In this document: in pieces, positions 1-13,599 of the stretch
How the letters are laid out: each line of letters begins with the position of its first letter
Numbering within the stretch: the stretch's first letter is position 1
Source of the DNA: Lama guanicoe
Lineage: Eukaryota
NCBI GenBank assembly: GCA_013239625.1
Contig: MU056050.1
Location: forward strand, 6,835,838-6,899,837
Reading direction: 5' to 3'
DNA: 64,000 bases
The notes under the pieces: generated by a model
The model's input: the letters and a program-made list of their open reading frames with translations, nothing else
Told to the model about the DNA's origin: nothing
Database searches by the model: none
Made by a program: the position numbers and the translations under genes

Positions 1-2811
1 GGCCGGCTTTAGGTGGAGTCAGGGAAGGACAGAGGGGATACTGCGGCAGCCAAGCTTGAGAGGAGTGGGAAAGGGAAGGGGTAGTGGTGGAAGGGAGGGG
101 AGGGTTCTTTTGTACTAACGGGTCTCTAGAGAAGCTGCTGGTTTTCCTTCAAGGAAGCAGCCTGCAGTAGGTCACTGTGGGTTCCCCACCCCCATCCCTT
201 TCTGCTTTAAGCCTCTTGTCTCCAAAACAGGCTCTGTTGATTAGAACAACAAAGTCACATATGTTGACCTCATCCTCCACTAAGAGGCTTATTCTGATCC
301 CTTTCCAATCAAACACACTTCCTTCCCTCAGGTCTATCTCTCTAGCCAAAGTATGAGGACATCTCTTGCCGTGCCTTACCAATGGCCAGAGGCCAGTACC
401 ATCATGACATGGTACCGAGGTGCCATCAGGTATCGGTTGTAAAATGGCAAAGAAAAGCGAGGTTGAAGTCAAATGGGTGGGCTCCAAATGCTGGATATTT
501 TGGCAGAGCCCCAGCTTTGCAGGGCGTTACTAGCCCTGCACTGTGCTGTGGCCCAATCACAGGCCAGCTATCGAGGGCCAAAGCTCAGCTGGCACTGCTC
601 ATCTGAACAGTTAGAAATTGTTCCTTGTGATCCTTGGGGACCCAGACAGATTAAATGCATCCTGGGTTAAGTGGCAAGTTGCAGCAGTGAGGGAAGTGAT
701 GGGGGTCTGATAACCTGGATAAGAGAGAACAGAGGCTGCAAGGCAGAGACTCATTTCTACAGTAAGCATCGCCCCACCAAGCAACCATGGACCTGGTCAG
801 CACTTTGCTAGGGTTTTGAGGGGAGGGGCACGTTGCCCCATCCTGAGGAAAAAAGCCTCTGATCTGGGAGAGCTTACAATTAATTTAGGGAGCAAACACT
901 AATAATGCGGAGAATTAAAGAACAATCAAGTTCAAAGGCAGTAAGTGTAATTGGAGTTCAGAGGTGAAATCATGCACAGGCACTAGTCCAACTGGTAACA
1001 CGTCACCACAGTGGGATTTCATTCGGGCCTTGAAAGATGAGCAGGATTTGGATCTGTAGAAGGGAATAGCGATGGTGTTCCAGATGTGAAGAGCACAAAC
1101 AAGTTTATAGGTGACAATAAACCACACGTGTATGTGCAGATGCACACATGCACATGACATCACAGGAAAGGAGGCCCACAGGGCACAGGGGGTTGAGGTC
1201 AGGAACACTATGGAAGGCTTTGGACTTGATGTGGCTGTTGATAGCGAGTCCATGTACATTCTTCAACAGGGGGTGAGGTGGGGGGACATGGACCGAGTGA
1301 TGCTTTCAGAAGTGGTCAACTAAGGATGGGCGCGCTGGTTAATCTCCATTCTTGGTGTATCCGCAGTGCTTTGTGTGTCTTCCTATGGACATATCCGACT
1401 GTATTATACTTCTGCGCTCACATGTCTGCTTTCCTCACTGGCACCAGGAGCTCCTTAGAAGAAGTGGCCATGTTTTCTCCATCTTCCTATTCTGCCATCT
1501 ACCTGGCTCATAGTAAGCACTCAATGAATACTGATTAGATGAAGAGATCATTTCATTTTAATTCACTGAATTATTAACAACATTCCATAAAGAATGACAG
1601 CCGTCAAAGAATTAGACTAAATTGCACATAACAAGGCGAGTCATAATTTGATCTTTTTAAAAATTTGTGAAACGCTTCAGGATCTTGTGGTGTATTACTG
1701 TATAAGTCCCATTTCACATGCTACTAGATGAGCTTTCTACCTACAGATTGAGATATGCCAGGCATCAGATCCTATTTCACTAAACCTGTATACATTTAGT
1801 AAGAACCTGTTCTGGTGCAGCTAGTTCTCAAAGTGGACATCTGTCCTGTTCTAGTGTTCAGAAGAGATTTCATTGTAGCTGCAACTCCCTTTAAACAAAC
1901 TCAAGATTGAAAACAAAATCCAGCCTGGTAATAATTTTCTCTTTACAAAAAGATTCATAATGGACACTTGAAAGTAGGAAAAATTTCCTCTTAATTGAAG
2001 TAAGATTTGATTTTTAAAAGTTAAGTAATCAGAAATTCAAAAAGTGAGTTGATTTATGAAACTGCCTTCTATTCCCAGGAAATCATCTATAAAGTGAGGC
2101 ATGCCTATAAGCCTATTTGAGATGAAAGGGGTTAGGAGAGGACAGATTTCTAGTCTGGGGACAGTGGGCAAAGGAGTTGAGAGACAGACCATGATCTCTC
2201 AAAGAGTCAGGCTCCAGGTTTAGCCATGAAGCACCAGGTCTTTGATCCTTTGTTTCTGTTTGCAATAAATGTCTTTTCTGCCCTCCCCTCCCACGACCAA
2301 CCAGTTTGGGGCCAGAGGGTACATACAGGAGTTGTTCCAGGTAGAGCAGAGTCTAGTCCACAGGTTTATGTGTTCACTCATTCAACAATTTACTAAGTAC
2401 CTACTATGAGCCAGACCCTGTGCTAAGCTCTGGAGAGCGAATCATAAGCAAGACAGTAAAGCCAGAGTTCTGGCTTCCAGGAAGCTGCAGAGCAGCAGGG
2501 AGACACAGAAACAAGGAACAGGCTTGGAAAGGTCGGGAAAGTCTTCATAGACCTTCCCCAGAGGAGGGGAGAGGCATCAAGTGCTATGGGCAAGGGCCAC
2601 AGGAGGCCAATACAGAAAGGTCTGGAGGGGCGAGGGAGAAGTTCAGGGAACCAAAAAAAAGTTTCGAGTGAAGCAGGGAAAGCAAGGCTGAGGAAGATCA
2701 TGCACTTGGTAGGAGCTCCGACTGGCTTGCTCTCTAATATGCAGAGCTTTCCTCCCTTCACCCACTTGCTCCCTTTCAAAGAGAACAGAAATTAATTTAG
2801 AAGAAGCACGT

Positions 2812-2817
2812 TTTATT
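2812..2817 (-). terminator. AIFM1: AIFM1 polyadenylation signal AATAAA
   Basis: tttatt on the + strand, about 170 nt after the stop, followed by T-rich sequence on the - strand. Confidence 0.8.
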
Positions 2818-2983
2818 TAGTGATGTGAACGTTAAGAATTTGCCTACATGGTTGAAATATTCACAAAGGACTTGATCATTCACACTCATACATCCAGAGG
2901 ATGTCTGCTGAATAAAAAATGCTCCTTTACCCATCCAAGTTGCTGTCAGGGACAGTGAAGTGCCTGCCTATTCCACGGGGGCC

Positions 2984-3055
2984 TCAGTCTTCATGAATGT
3001 TGAAGAGTTTGGCTACTTCGTTGAGATCTTCATGTTGCTCACCATCCTTAATGAT
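2984..3055 (-). CDS. AIFM1: AIFM1 exon 16 coding part (IIKDGEQHEDLNEVAKLFNIHED*)
   Basis: CTTAG|ATC; TGA at 2986-2984. Confidence 0.97.
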   Translation of the reverse strand: MIKDGEQHEDLNEVAKLFNIHED

Positions 3056-3146
3056 CTAAGGGAGATGGTAACAATCAGTATAACTCACTCCGTGTGCATT
3101 TGGGCCACACTTTATGACAGGGCAGCCTGGGCCAGTCCCCACTTCA

Positions 3147-3638
<492 letters not shown>

Positions 3639-3914
3639 TTATGATGAGCTTGGAAATTCTAGAAGGCAAGTATCTTTCGACACCTGCTTCAAGCTGCTTC
3701 TGGATGACTTGTTTTTCTATGCCACCTCAGTAAACACTGGCCTTCTCCATCGACAAAGCCAACAAAAGTTCTTCCTTGCCAGCTCCTGGGCACCGGGTCA
3801 GTCTGACCCAAAACTTCCTATTGCATTTTAAATTTACACTATGGATATTTCCTGGTATCTTTTTTCAAACTACAGAAGACTTGCTCTTGTCCTCTGAGAA
3901 ACATTTTAGAGCTA

Positions 3915-4139
3915 CATGGTCAGTACAATAGCCACTAGCCACATACAGCTATCCTAATTAAAATTAATTCAAAATTAAAGTTTATTTTAATTAAATTAAA
4001 TTAAATGTAAAATTCAGTTCCTCATTTGCACTAGCCACATTTCAAGTGCTAAAGAGCCATGTGACTAGTGGCTAATGTATCGGACAGAGCAGAGGCAGAA
4101 CACTGCCATCACAGCAGAATGTTCTTTTGGACGGCACTC
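3915..4139 (-). mobile_element. MER3/MER33-type hAT-Charlie MITE
   Basis: tagccactagccac, ctagccacatttcaagtgct and gtgactagtggcta motifs around an AT-rich core. Confidence 0.8.
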
Positions 4140-5053
4140 CGAGAGAGACACTGGCTGAATCAGGAGAAGGCACTTCCATGTGGAAAAACCATAGTGCAAG
4201 TGTTTCCTCCTGGGCGAGGTGGTCGTGGCAGCATGGAGAGAGGGCACGTTGTCCTCTGAGAACAACTGGACTTCATGTAATACTGCTCAGTGGATGGACT
4301 TGTGCCCTGGAATTTCTAAGTCCCTGGGTCCCTCTCCTGAATCCACTCCCAGGAGAGGTCAGAATCAAGGCGTGCATTTATGGAATCGACTTAGCTTATA
4401 CAGGAAAAGGACCTCATATCCACATCATGTCTGCTTTCTCCCTCTTAAAGAGCAACTTGTCCTTGGAACGCCTCTAACAAGAGGACACAGAGGTTAAATA
4501 ACTTCAGCCAAGGTCACGAAGGGAGAGAGAGGAGGCCTAGGAGTTAATGAAAGAGATGTATGTGGGAGAGAAGTTCATTCTGAGAGAGGTGCCTCCCGTT
4601 TAAAGAAAACTTAGCATTAAGATCTGACACATGGAATTGGAGGCAGCTCAAGAGCTACTCAGCCCAGTTCTTCAGTGCCCAGGGCCCGAGGAGGGTAGCA
4701 GGTCCTGAACTAACATTCTTAGGCCTAATTCTTGGGATTAGCAGGAAGAAAAAAACGCATTGAAAACGTTCAGGTTTTCTTCATCATGCAGATCCTCCTA
4801 GTCCCTCAAAACAAACCTGACTACAGAGTTACTGAGCTGGCCACCGCCCAGAGCCTAGGATGGACACCCACAGTATCTCAAGTCTATGCTTTGACCAGGA
4901 TCCCTGATTTCACCAGCTCTCAGACCACTAAAGAACGAGGACTTTGGGTTTGGTTTATTTTAAAGCACAACAGGAAGAGAGGCTTTCACTGACAGTTCCC
5001 TCCAGCCAATACAGGAGCCCCTTGTTCAGGAGGATCTGGACCACGGCTTCTCA

Positions 5054-5299
<246 letters not shown>

Positions 5300-5709
5300 T
5301 CATGCCAACCACAGAACCTGGTATGTGTGACAGCCAGAGAAACACCAAACTGATTTGTCGCCTGCTAAGGCATGTGGGGACAATCGTGAGAAAGCATGAT
5401 TATCCCAAACAGCTTTTAACTTAACAAGCCACTATACATATCATGTGTCCATACAGTGATCTACACTGTCCAAAACTGAATCATGTGTTTACCCCCGACC
5501 ACATGTGGGGAGTGATGGGCTCCCCACGTCGACTTATTCACTACCTTCCTTTATCTCGTTCTAAAACTGCCTTTTAAAAAACCTTTATTCAACCTCAGCA
5601 GCTTTCAGAAACTGCCCCTGATTTATAAAGGATAAATAAAATCAGATTTCAGGATAAGGAGCATGAGGCCGGCATGGGAGGAAGCAGGCAGAGGTGGGAC
5701 CGACACTTC

Positions 5710-6560
5710 AGTTTCTGTGGCACAGGATTATTCTTGTTACAAAGTATGAGTAGTGACCAGCCTTTTCTCCACCTCCTTCTCCCTCAGTTAACTGGAACTC
5801 AGTCAGGTGATTATTTGCACAGCACTGAAATGAAATCAAAGATGTAAAAGCACGGATTGTATTAAAAGATTGAAGCATGCTCATACTTTGTAAGTGCTTT
5901 GGGGGAGGGGGGTGGGTGGGCACTTGGGCTTTGTGGGTGCATTCATGTAATCTGAGACCCTTGAACTTTATGATGGAGTCTTCAATATATTGCTGTATAT
6001 GAAGCTTTTGTTAATACATTGTACTGTGTTGGCTGTGTGAAGTAAACTAAAACTCTGGTGAACACTCTGGAGTCCACGTTAGCGTAGGAGATCAAAGTGG
6101 GAAGGGCTTTAGGGCACTGATAAAGGCCCTAAGTGTACTGTTCAATCCTGTATAATATTTAATTCTTGCAACTGAATCAAAACAGTGTTAAATTATGGCA
6201 ATATTTGCACTTTGGGAATGAGTACATAACTATGATTACACTCTGCAAATGTCATTTTTTTAAAACTGTTAATAGACTTTGTACCTTTTCTTTGACAAGG
6301 ATGTGTCATATTTAAATTTTTACATTCATCATGGCTACAGGTAGAACTGGGGAGGGGGAAATGTACTTTTTATGGGAATTTTGATATGAAAAGAAACTAG
6401 TCATTTATTTATATAATAGGCTTGGCTCAAAAAGTTTTTTTCAGACTCTGTATTCCTAATGTGAGATGTGACTTTATTTTATTTTTAGTAGCAAATTTGG
6501 ATGTAGCCTGACAGACACAGCTGAATGTCTTAATAAATTTAAATTTAAAGATGAAAAAAA
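5710..6560 (+). pseudogene. Retroposed mRNA 3'-UTR fragment antisense in AIFM1 intron 13 (parent tentatively PAFAH1B1; 5' boundary uncertain)
   Basis: AATAAA 6532-6537 then A7 at 6554-6560; several miRNA seed matches; no ORF; resembles no repeat family I recognise. Confidence 0.65.
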
Positions 6561-7399
6561 CTTGAAAGAGTGCTCCATGTTTATGGAATTCAGAAACTGA
6601 GATATTTTGTGGTTTTTATTAACTGACAATATTTCCTCTTAGCCTTCATTTCTCAAGGCTGAAATGCTTTCTATAAAGAGGCACCATCATCAACTTGATC
6701 ATTTTATTTAAATTGTTCTTCTTGGAAACTTTTCCTGTTATCATCATGCTGTTCCTAATATGCTAGGAACTTCACAGAATACTTGTAGCAAAAGCACACC
6801 ATGGTTTTGTAATCATCTAAGCTACTCGAGCTGTTTTGTTTCTGGTGCTCTATATTTTGTTATCTTCTTGGCCACAGAAGCTCATTGGACTGGTGTCTTC
6901 GGAGAACAGTCTACAATGACTTCTTGGATTCTGTTTCTGGGACCTGACTGATAATTGTAGAACTATGAGCTACTTTTTTACTAACTGCATTATCTTACAT
7001 GTGTTGACCCTGAAACCCGTCTATTATGTTTTTTGCTGCCCACTCATGAAACAGTGTGTGATCGTCCTAAAGTGTACTCCCATCAGCTGAGAATTTCCCC
7101 AACAGAAGCTGCTTACAGGCTTCTGGAATCTTGAAGTTTTTTATGTACCCCATCTTTCAAATCAACAAGATGACAGCAGGCCAAATGGGCCCAGCTCCAG
7201 TACTCAGGAATTTCCATTGCTAACTTTTTGCTCTCCAGAGAGCTGCCTATATATGTTTGACTCTGCATTGCTGGCCTTAAGGGTTACATATGAGTGATCT
7301 GCCTCTTTTCTCAGTAGGTTGGGCTCCTTAGAGTTAGCACCAAAGAGCAAGTAAAATATACTGCCCCCCGCGTCTAAGAGCATAGTTGTGTACTACCTA

Positions 7400-7630
7400 C
7401 CGTAGCTGGAGCTCTGCACTATTTTAGCAGAAGCGCTGATGCCATCTCCATTCATTCATTTCGTCTAACTTGTGCCAAATGGAACCCTTTCACCAGAAGG
7501 TGGCTTGGGAGTAGAATGCATGGATACGAGATGGAATTTTCCCCACTGTGTATGAAGCTAACTGACCCACAAGGAAACCACATGACATAACTCTGGTTCC
7601 ATTAATTTTGTGTTCTAACCAGTTGCGTCC
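7400..7630 (-). mobile_element. Ancient tRNA-derived SINE relic (MamSINE1-like)
   Basis: - strand CAACTGGTTAGAAC...GGGTCAGTTAGCTTCA resembles the recalled MamSINE1 head. Confidence 0.4.
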
Positions 7631-7649
7631 TCAAGGCACAAATCTATTA

Positions 7650-7838
<189 letters not shown>

Positions 7839-9373
7839 TTAAGGACAGAATGTAAACTTCTGGGGTTCAAAAAATGCTGGCAATGTTCATGTTTTCCATC
7901 CACAGGCCAGAATCCTACCTACACTATCAAAAACAGTCGAGGTTCCGTTTTTAAAAAGACATTCTATGCTTCCGTAAAGGTAACTTAAATCTTCAAGGCT
8001 TCAGCTTACACCTATTTCTTCTCATTCTGCCCTCAGCAGAAATAAGATATTTAATAACCATGATTTGCAGAATATTTCTTCCCGTGTGGAAACCAGTTTT
8101 TAGGTGTAACTGCCTCTTAATGTAGAAATCTTTTGCAAGATAAGATTTTTTTGGTCATTCAATATTCCTTCATTCATTCAACAAGTACTTATGGAGAATT
8201 TGCTCTGTACAAAGCATTATACTGTCTGAGCTGCAGAGACAGACCTGACACACACTCTGCCCACGAGGAGTGTGTAAGCGAGTTAAGGAAGGTGCGGCAC
8301 TGTTCCTTACTACAGTGTGCCACGTGAGAGAAGCGAGCTCAGTGTTTCAAGCAGAGAGAACCCCAGGCTAGAGGTGAACAAGGCCAGCTGCACAAAGGAT
8401 GTGGTATGTGAGCTCTCTCACCCTTTGTTCATCTTTGTGGCTATTCAGACACCCCCAAAACAACCTAAAAATCCAACATGTGAGCAACGGCGAGATACAC
8501 TCTGAAATCCAGCTAATGGAATATTATATAGATATTAAACTGTTTCCAGAATCTGAAGCAACGAGGAAAAAACTTACATTCAAATGTTAAGTGAAAAAGA
8601 AAAGAATACAAATGTTTACATATAGTATGCTCGTCGTGAGTGTCTACAACAAAGGGAAAAAAACCCTATGCGCAAGACAACAAAGAGAAGGAAATACACA
8701 AAAATATCAGTGGTTGCTGCAGGTGACTGTCCTTTTCTCCTTTTGGCCTAGGTCTTCCATATTAAGTGTGTATTGCTTTTATAACAAGATTAAAAATCCA
8801 GTACACTTTACCTTAAAAAAAGAAAGCTTTAAGGGAAAAACACCCTTCAAAGTTCCTAGATTTTCAGTTGCAGAGTCCATAATCAAACACAATACAGTTG
8901 TAATGATCTAACAATAGGGAAATTACCTCATGGTTCCTACATACCATAGTCTTGTTTGTGTCATAACACGTTTTTAAAAACAGCTAAAAATAGTCTTCAA
9001 GGAAAATGAAAATGGAGTAATTTTCCCTTCTAGAGAATGTTATAAAACTCCCTCATCCTCCATTCTCTAGACCCGTGTTCAGGCAAAGGGAACAGCAGAT
9101 CAATCTGAAAGCTGAGCACGTGCGCACCAGGGTGATGCCAATGGCTTCGCCAACAGAACCAGGAGAGCCCTACTGCTGTGGGCATGTGTGCCATTCATTT
9201 CCTTTTCCATAAGCCTGCAGCCTGAGGCCAGACCTGATCGGTTAGCCAAGCAGTTCACGTGTTTCTGCTCTCCACTCTTGGCCTCCAAACATGCTGACCC
9301 TATGTGGGTGAGCTGCTGCTAAGCTGTCACACACCACCAGGCAGACCTGCTCTCAGGCTTGGTCAGGCCATCA

Positions 9374-9547
<174 letters not shown>

Positions 9548-9911
9548 TTAGTCAGTTATCACAGTTTCCACATATACCTGTGGACAGAGCAACTGTACAT
9601 CATGTCATCAAGAATTGGGGCTTTATGAAAAAATCATTGGTTAACTCTGGTAAACAGAACACATTTTAAGTTTCATTTTATAAAGTGCCACCCCCTCTGC
9701 ACAGACATATCCCCTGTCATCTGAATAGAAATCTGCCACCCTAGTAAGTTCTCAAAAATCTGTGATACAGATAGAAGGGAGCAATGGGAAATGGTTCCTG
9801 TGTGTCTGGTCTGGCTCTCTTCATTTTTATTTTAGTGGAGGACAGATAGTTCATTCAGAAAATTATGACAGGTTAATGGCAGCTGCCAAGAAAACTAATC
9901 TACCAGTATCA

Positions 9912-10157
<246 letters not shown>

Positions 10158-10337
10158 TCATAAAACCAGTAATAATCAGTATGCAGGCAGCCTTGGAGAG
10201 CCACGAGCACCTACACCCACAGTTCACTTCTAGCGCTTCCAGGAATCTGGTGCATCAGACTCAGAACACCTACAAGAAGCTGGCTGACTGGAGAATGATG
10301 GAAACATTTCATCTGCTGGCTGCTATGCCTTATGTCA

Positions 10338-10670
<333 letters not shown>

Positions 10671-11275
10671 CTAGGGCACAAGGGCATCCAGAAGGCAAAT
10701 ACGACAGGTGCCAGAACTTGCCCCTGGATTCAACTACATACTGTGAACTCAGTGCACTTACACCGAGACTTACACACGTGCCTTGCAAGCTCTGAATAGT
10801 AGGCACCCTCCTGAGAAGATGCCCTGATTTCACACAGCTGAAAAATAACATTAAGAAAAGTAGTTGCCACAAAACATTCATACTGAAACTCACAGATCTG
10901 TCAAGCTGGAACCATCATGTGTCTGAAGGAAGTCTCTGACTTTTACAGGGAGCAGCAGTTCAAAGATACATACACTTCTGTAGTCTATATTGCCCTTACC
11001 ATCTTAATAACTAACTTTCCTTAATGTTTTATTTCTAAGGAGTCCTGGCCTAGAAGTGAGAGGAAAGGAAAGAAAGCAGTGCTGCTTTCAAATGCCACTC
11101 AAATGACAGCTTTTCGGTCACTAAGGCATCCCTCATTAGAACTAAGCTCAGTGATTAGTTTTTCAGCGTATAAACCTTAATCAAACTCTTTCTACTGATC
11201 CTGGCAAGTGCATCTCTGAAAAGCATGTGACATCAGACCAGAGAAAGAAAATCAAGGTCACTCCCCAATACTCAC

Positions 11276-11384
11276 CCTTTCTGCCAAGAGCACAGGCCAG
11301 TTCGCTACCAAGGAAGCCCCCACCGATTATCGTAATTGACTTGACTTCCCGGGAAATCTTCTCTAAGGTTCTAAAGTCTCCAAT
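11276..11384 (-). CDS. AIFM1: AIFM1 exon 9 (NADH-binding IIGGGFLG motif)
   Basis: CTGCAG|ATT ... AGG|GTGAGT; 109 nt. Confidence 0.97.
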
Positions 11385-11566
11385 CTGCAGGATCACACCA
11401 GTTTAGTCCATTGATTTCCCAAAGGGGCACAGGGTAATAATATCAGGAAATATTTTCTGCTAAATCTTTGACAACATTAATTTACATATAGTATCTTCTC
11501 CTTATAATCAACTGGCTTAATTATAGCCTCTATTTCTTTCTCCAATGTTAACACTCTCTCTAGTAA

Positions 11567-11794
11567 CTGTGGTTTCCAACTAGGGGCCAATATGCCCCCT
11601 CTCCCTCAGGAGACATCTGGCAATGTCTGGAGACATTTTTGGCTGTCACAACTGGGGTGGGAGGGGACTACACTTGCAGCTAACAGGTAGAGTCCAGGGA
11701 CACTGCTAAACACCCTACAATGCACAGGATAGCCCCTCGCAACAAACAGTTATCCAGTCCAAAATGTCAATGGTGCTGAGGGTGACAAACCTTG
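11567..11794 (+). mobile_element. MER20 hAT-Charlie element
   Basis: ggcaatgtctggagacatttttggctgtcacaactgggg...ctgctaaacaccctacaatgcacagga...aaaatgtcaatggtgctgag. Confidence 0.9.
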
Positions 11795-12252
11795 TTGCAT
11801 TAAGAACTTAAAGGATAGTACAAATCTTTTCAAATACCCACAGCAGCGGCTGAAAACTTTCTGCAGTTTTCATATGTAAAGCACGGTGTTAAGAAGCAAA
11901 ACCCCCTTTCCTTTTTCACTTAGATACTCTTTTCCCCCCTAAAGTCTCCACAATAGCACTTGCAATGAAAAATGCCAAGAGGCTATATGGAGTTCCAATG
12001 ACTCAAACGCATCAGGAAAAAACAACTATAGAAGGGCGATCAGAAGGAACTATACCAAGCAATAAAAAAAAAAACTAAATGTTTTTTTCTCCTAGGAGCT
12101 TAAAACCCTCGAGTGAGGTATTTGAGGTGCAGAGAGAGGAAGTGACTTGCTCAAGGCCAGATAACAAGTCTGCCGAAGAGCCATAAATAGAACTTGGATC
12201 TCCCAATTCCTGGGTGGGTACTTGGGGACCACAAGATTATGTTACCTCTTCA

Positions 12253-12387
<135 letters not shown>

Positions 12388-13001
12388 TTAGCCCAACAGG
12401 CCGGAGCTAGCCCAGACGATCCCCCCACAAAGGTGGTGCTGTGGTGTGTACAGCAGTTATCAACAGGATATGAAGGCTTTGTTTTCCTTCAGCTCGCCCC
12501 ACAGCGGGCTTTATCAATTTCCTTTGAGAAGCAGATTTGAGAGTCTGTCTTCAAAGGGCCCACCTTCCTCATAGACGGCCAGAAGGCCTCACTTTTTGCT
12601 TCCCCTTCTCTTTGAGTTTCTCATGAGGATTCATCAGACAGGACAGCTACATTTGTTTAAGCAACAGCTTCAGTTTCTTCTCTTGATTTCTGACTGGAAC
12701 TGGCAGTGAAGCCATGAGGCTATCTCACTTTCAGGGCAGAGGGCCAGGGTTAAGGGCTAAGCAGGGAGACAAAAAAACACGGCAATCCTCTTCAATATCC
12801 ATCCATGCCTTTGCCAGAAGGAACAGTAAGGCTAATCCAGAGGGGCTGTTGATCAGGTGCTTGCAGTCAGCCAAGCTTTGCACCAAAAGACACCCACTTC
12901 AGAGAGTTTGGGTTTTGATTTTCTTAAGATTGAGTAGTGCCTTTATACTAAAATTTGAGGGAGCTGTATCAGGGAAGAAAGTCACCTCCAGAAATACTCA
13001 C

Positions 13002-13086
13002 CTGTTGCAATCAAGCACTTTTCATAGGTTATTTGAGAGCCATCGTTAAGTTTCGCCGTGTTGCCTCTCACATCTAGCTGTACTAC
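13002..13086 (-). CDS. AIFM1: AIFM1 exon 7 ([28 protein letters not shown])
   Basis: ACCAG|GTA ... CAG|GTGAGT; 85 nt. Confidence 0.97.
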
Positions 13087-13139
13087 CTGGTAGTCACACA
13101 CATATATACAGAAAGGTACAGGGATAAATTAAGCTAAAA

Positions 13140-13305
13140 ATTTAAAAAATTGATATATAATTCCCATTACATAAAATTCACCATATGGAAACACACAATT
13201 CAGTGGTCTTTAGTATATTCACAAGGTTGTGCAACCGTCACCACTATATAATTCTGGAACATTTCCATCACCCGCAAAAGGAACCCTGTACCTATCAGCC
13301 GTCAG
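13140..13305 (-). mobile_element. L1MB-type 3'-end fragment just upstream of AIFM1 exon 7
   Basis: ataaaattcacc...acaattcagtggtctttagtatattcacaaggttgtgcaaccgtcaccact...aaggaaccctgtacc. Confidence 0.8.
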
Positions 13306-13599
13306 CACAATGAGAAGAGTTAGTTCTTGACCAAAGGTGATCCTTAAGAAACCATTTGTAAGTAATCACTGGCACTACAGTTTCTGGCACCCAGTTCCTC
13401 TAAGTGGTCATAATTTCCTAAGCAGCCAACATCAGAGCAAATCCCCACTGTCTCAAAGTTCCCGCCTAATTTGTGGAAATGGAGAACAGGGACAGAATTT
13501 TCTGCCTGGCTCTTTGGGACTCTTGCTTCTTTGTAAACAATTCTCCCACATCCTCAACATTTTTGAGGGATGCTTTCTCCAACTTCTAGCTTTCACTAA

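Noticed and set aside
61..105. G-rich G4-like tract at the window start
   Set aside because: Low-complexity purine tract at the window edge with no context to support function.
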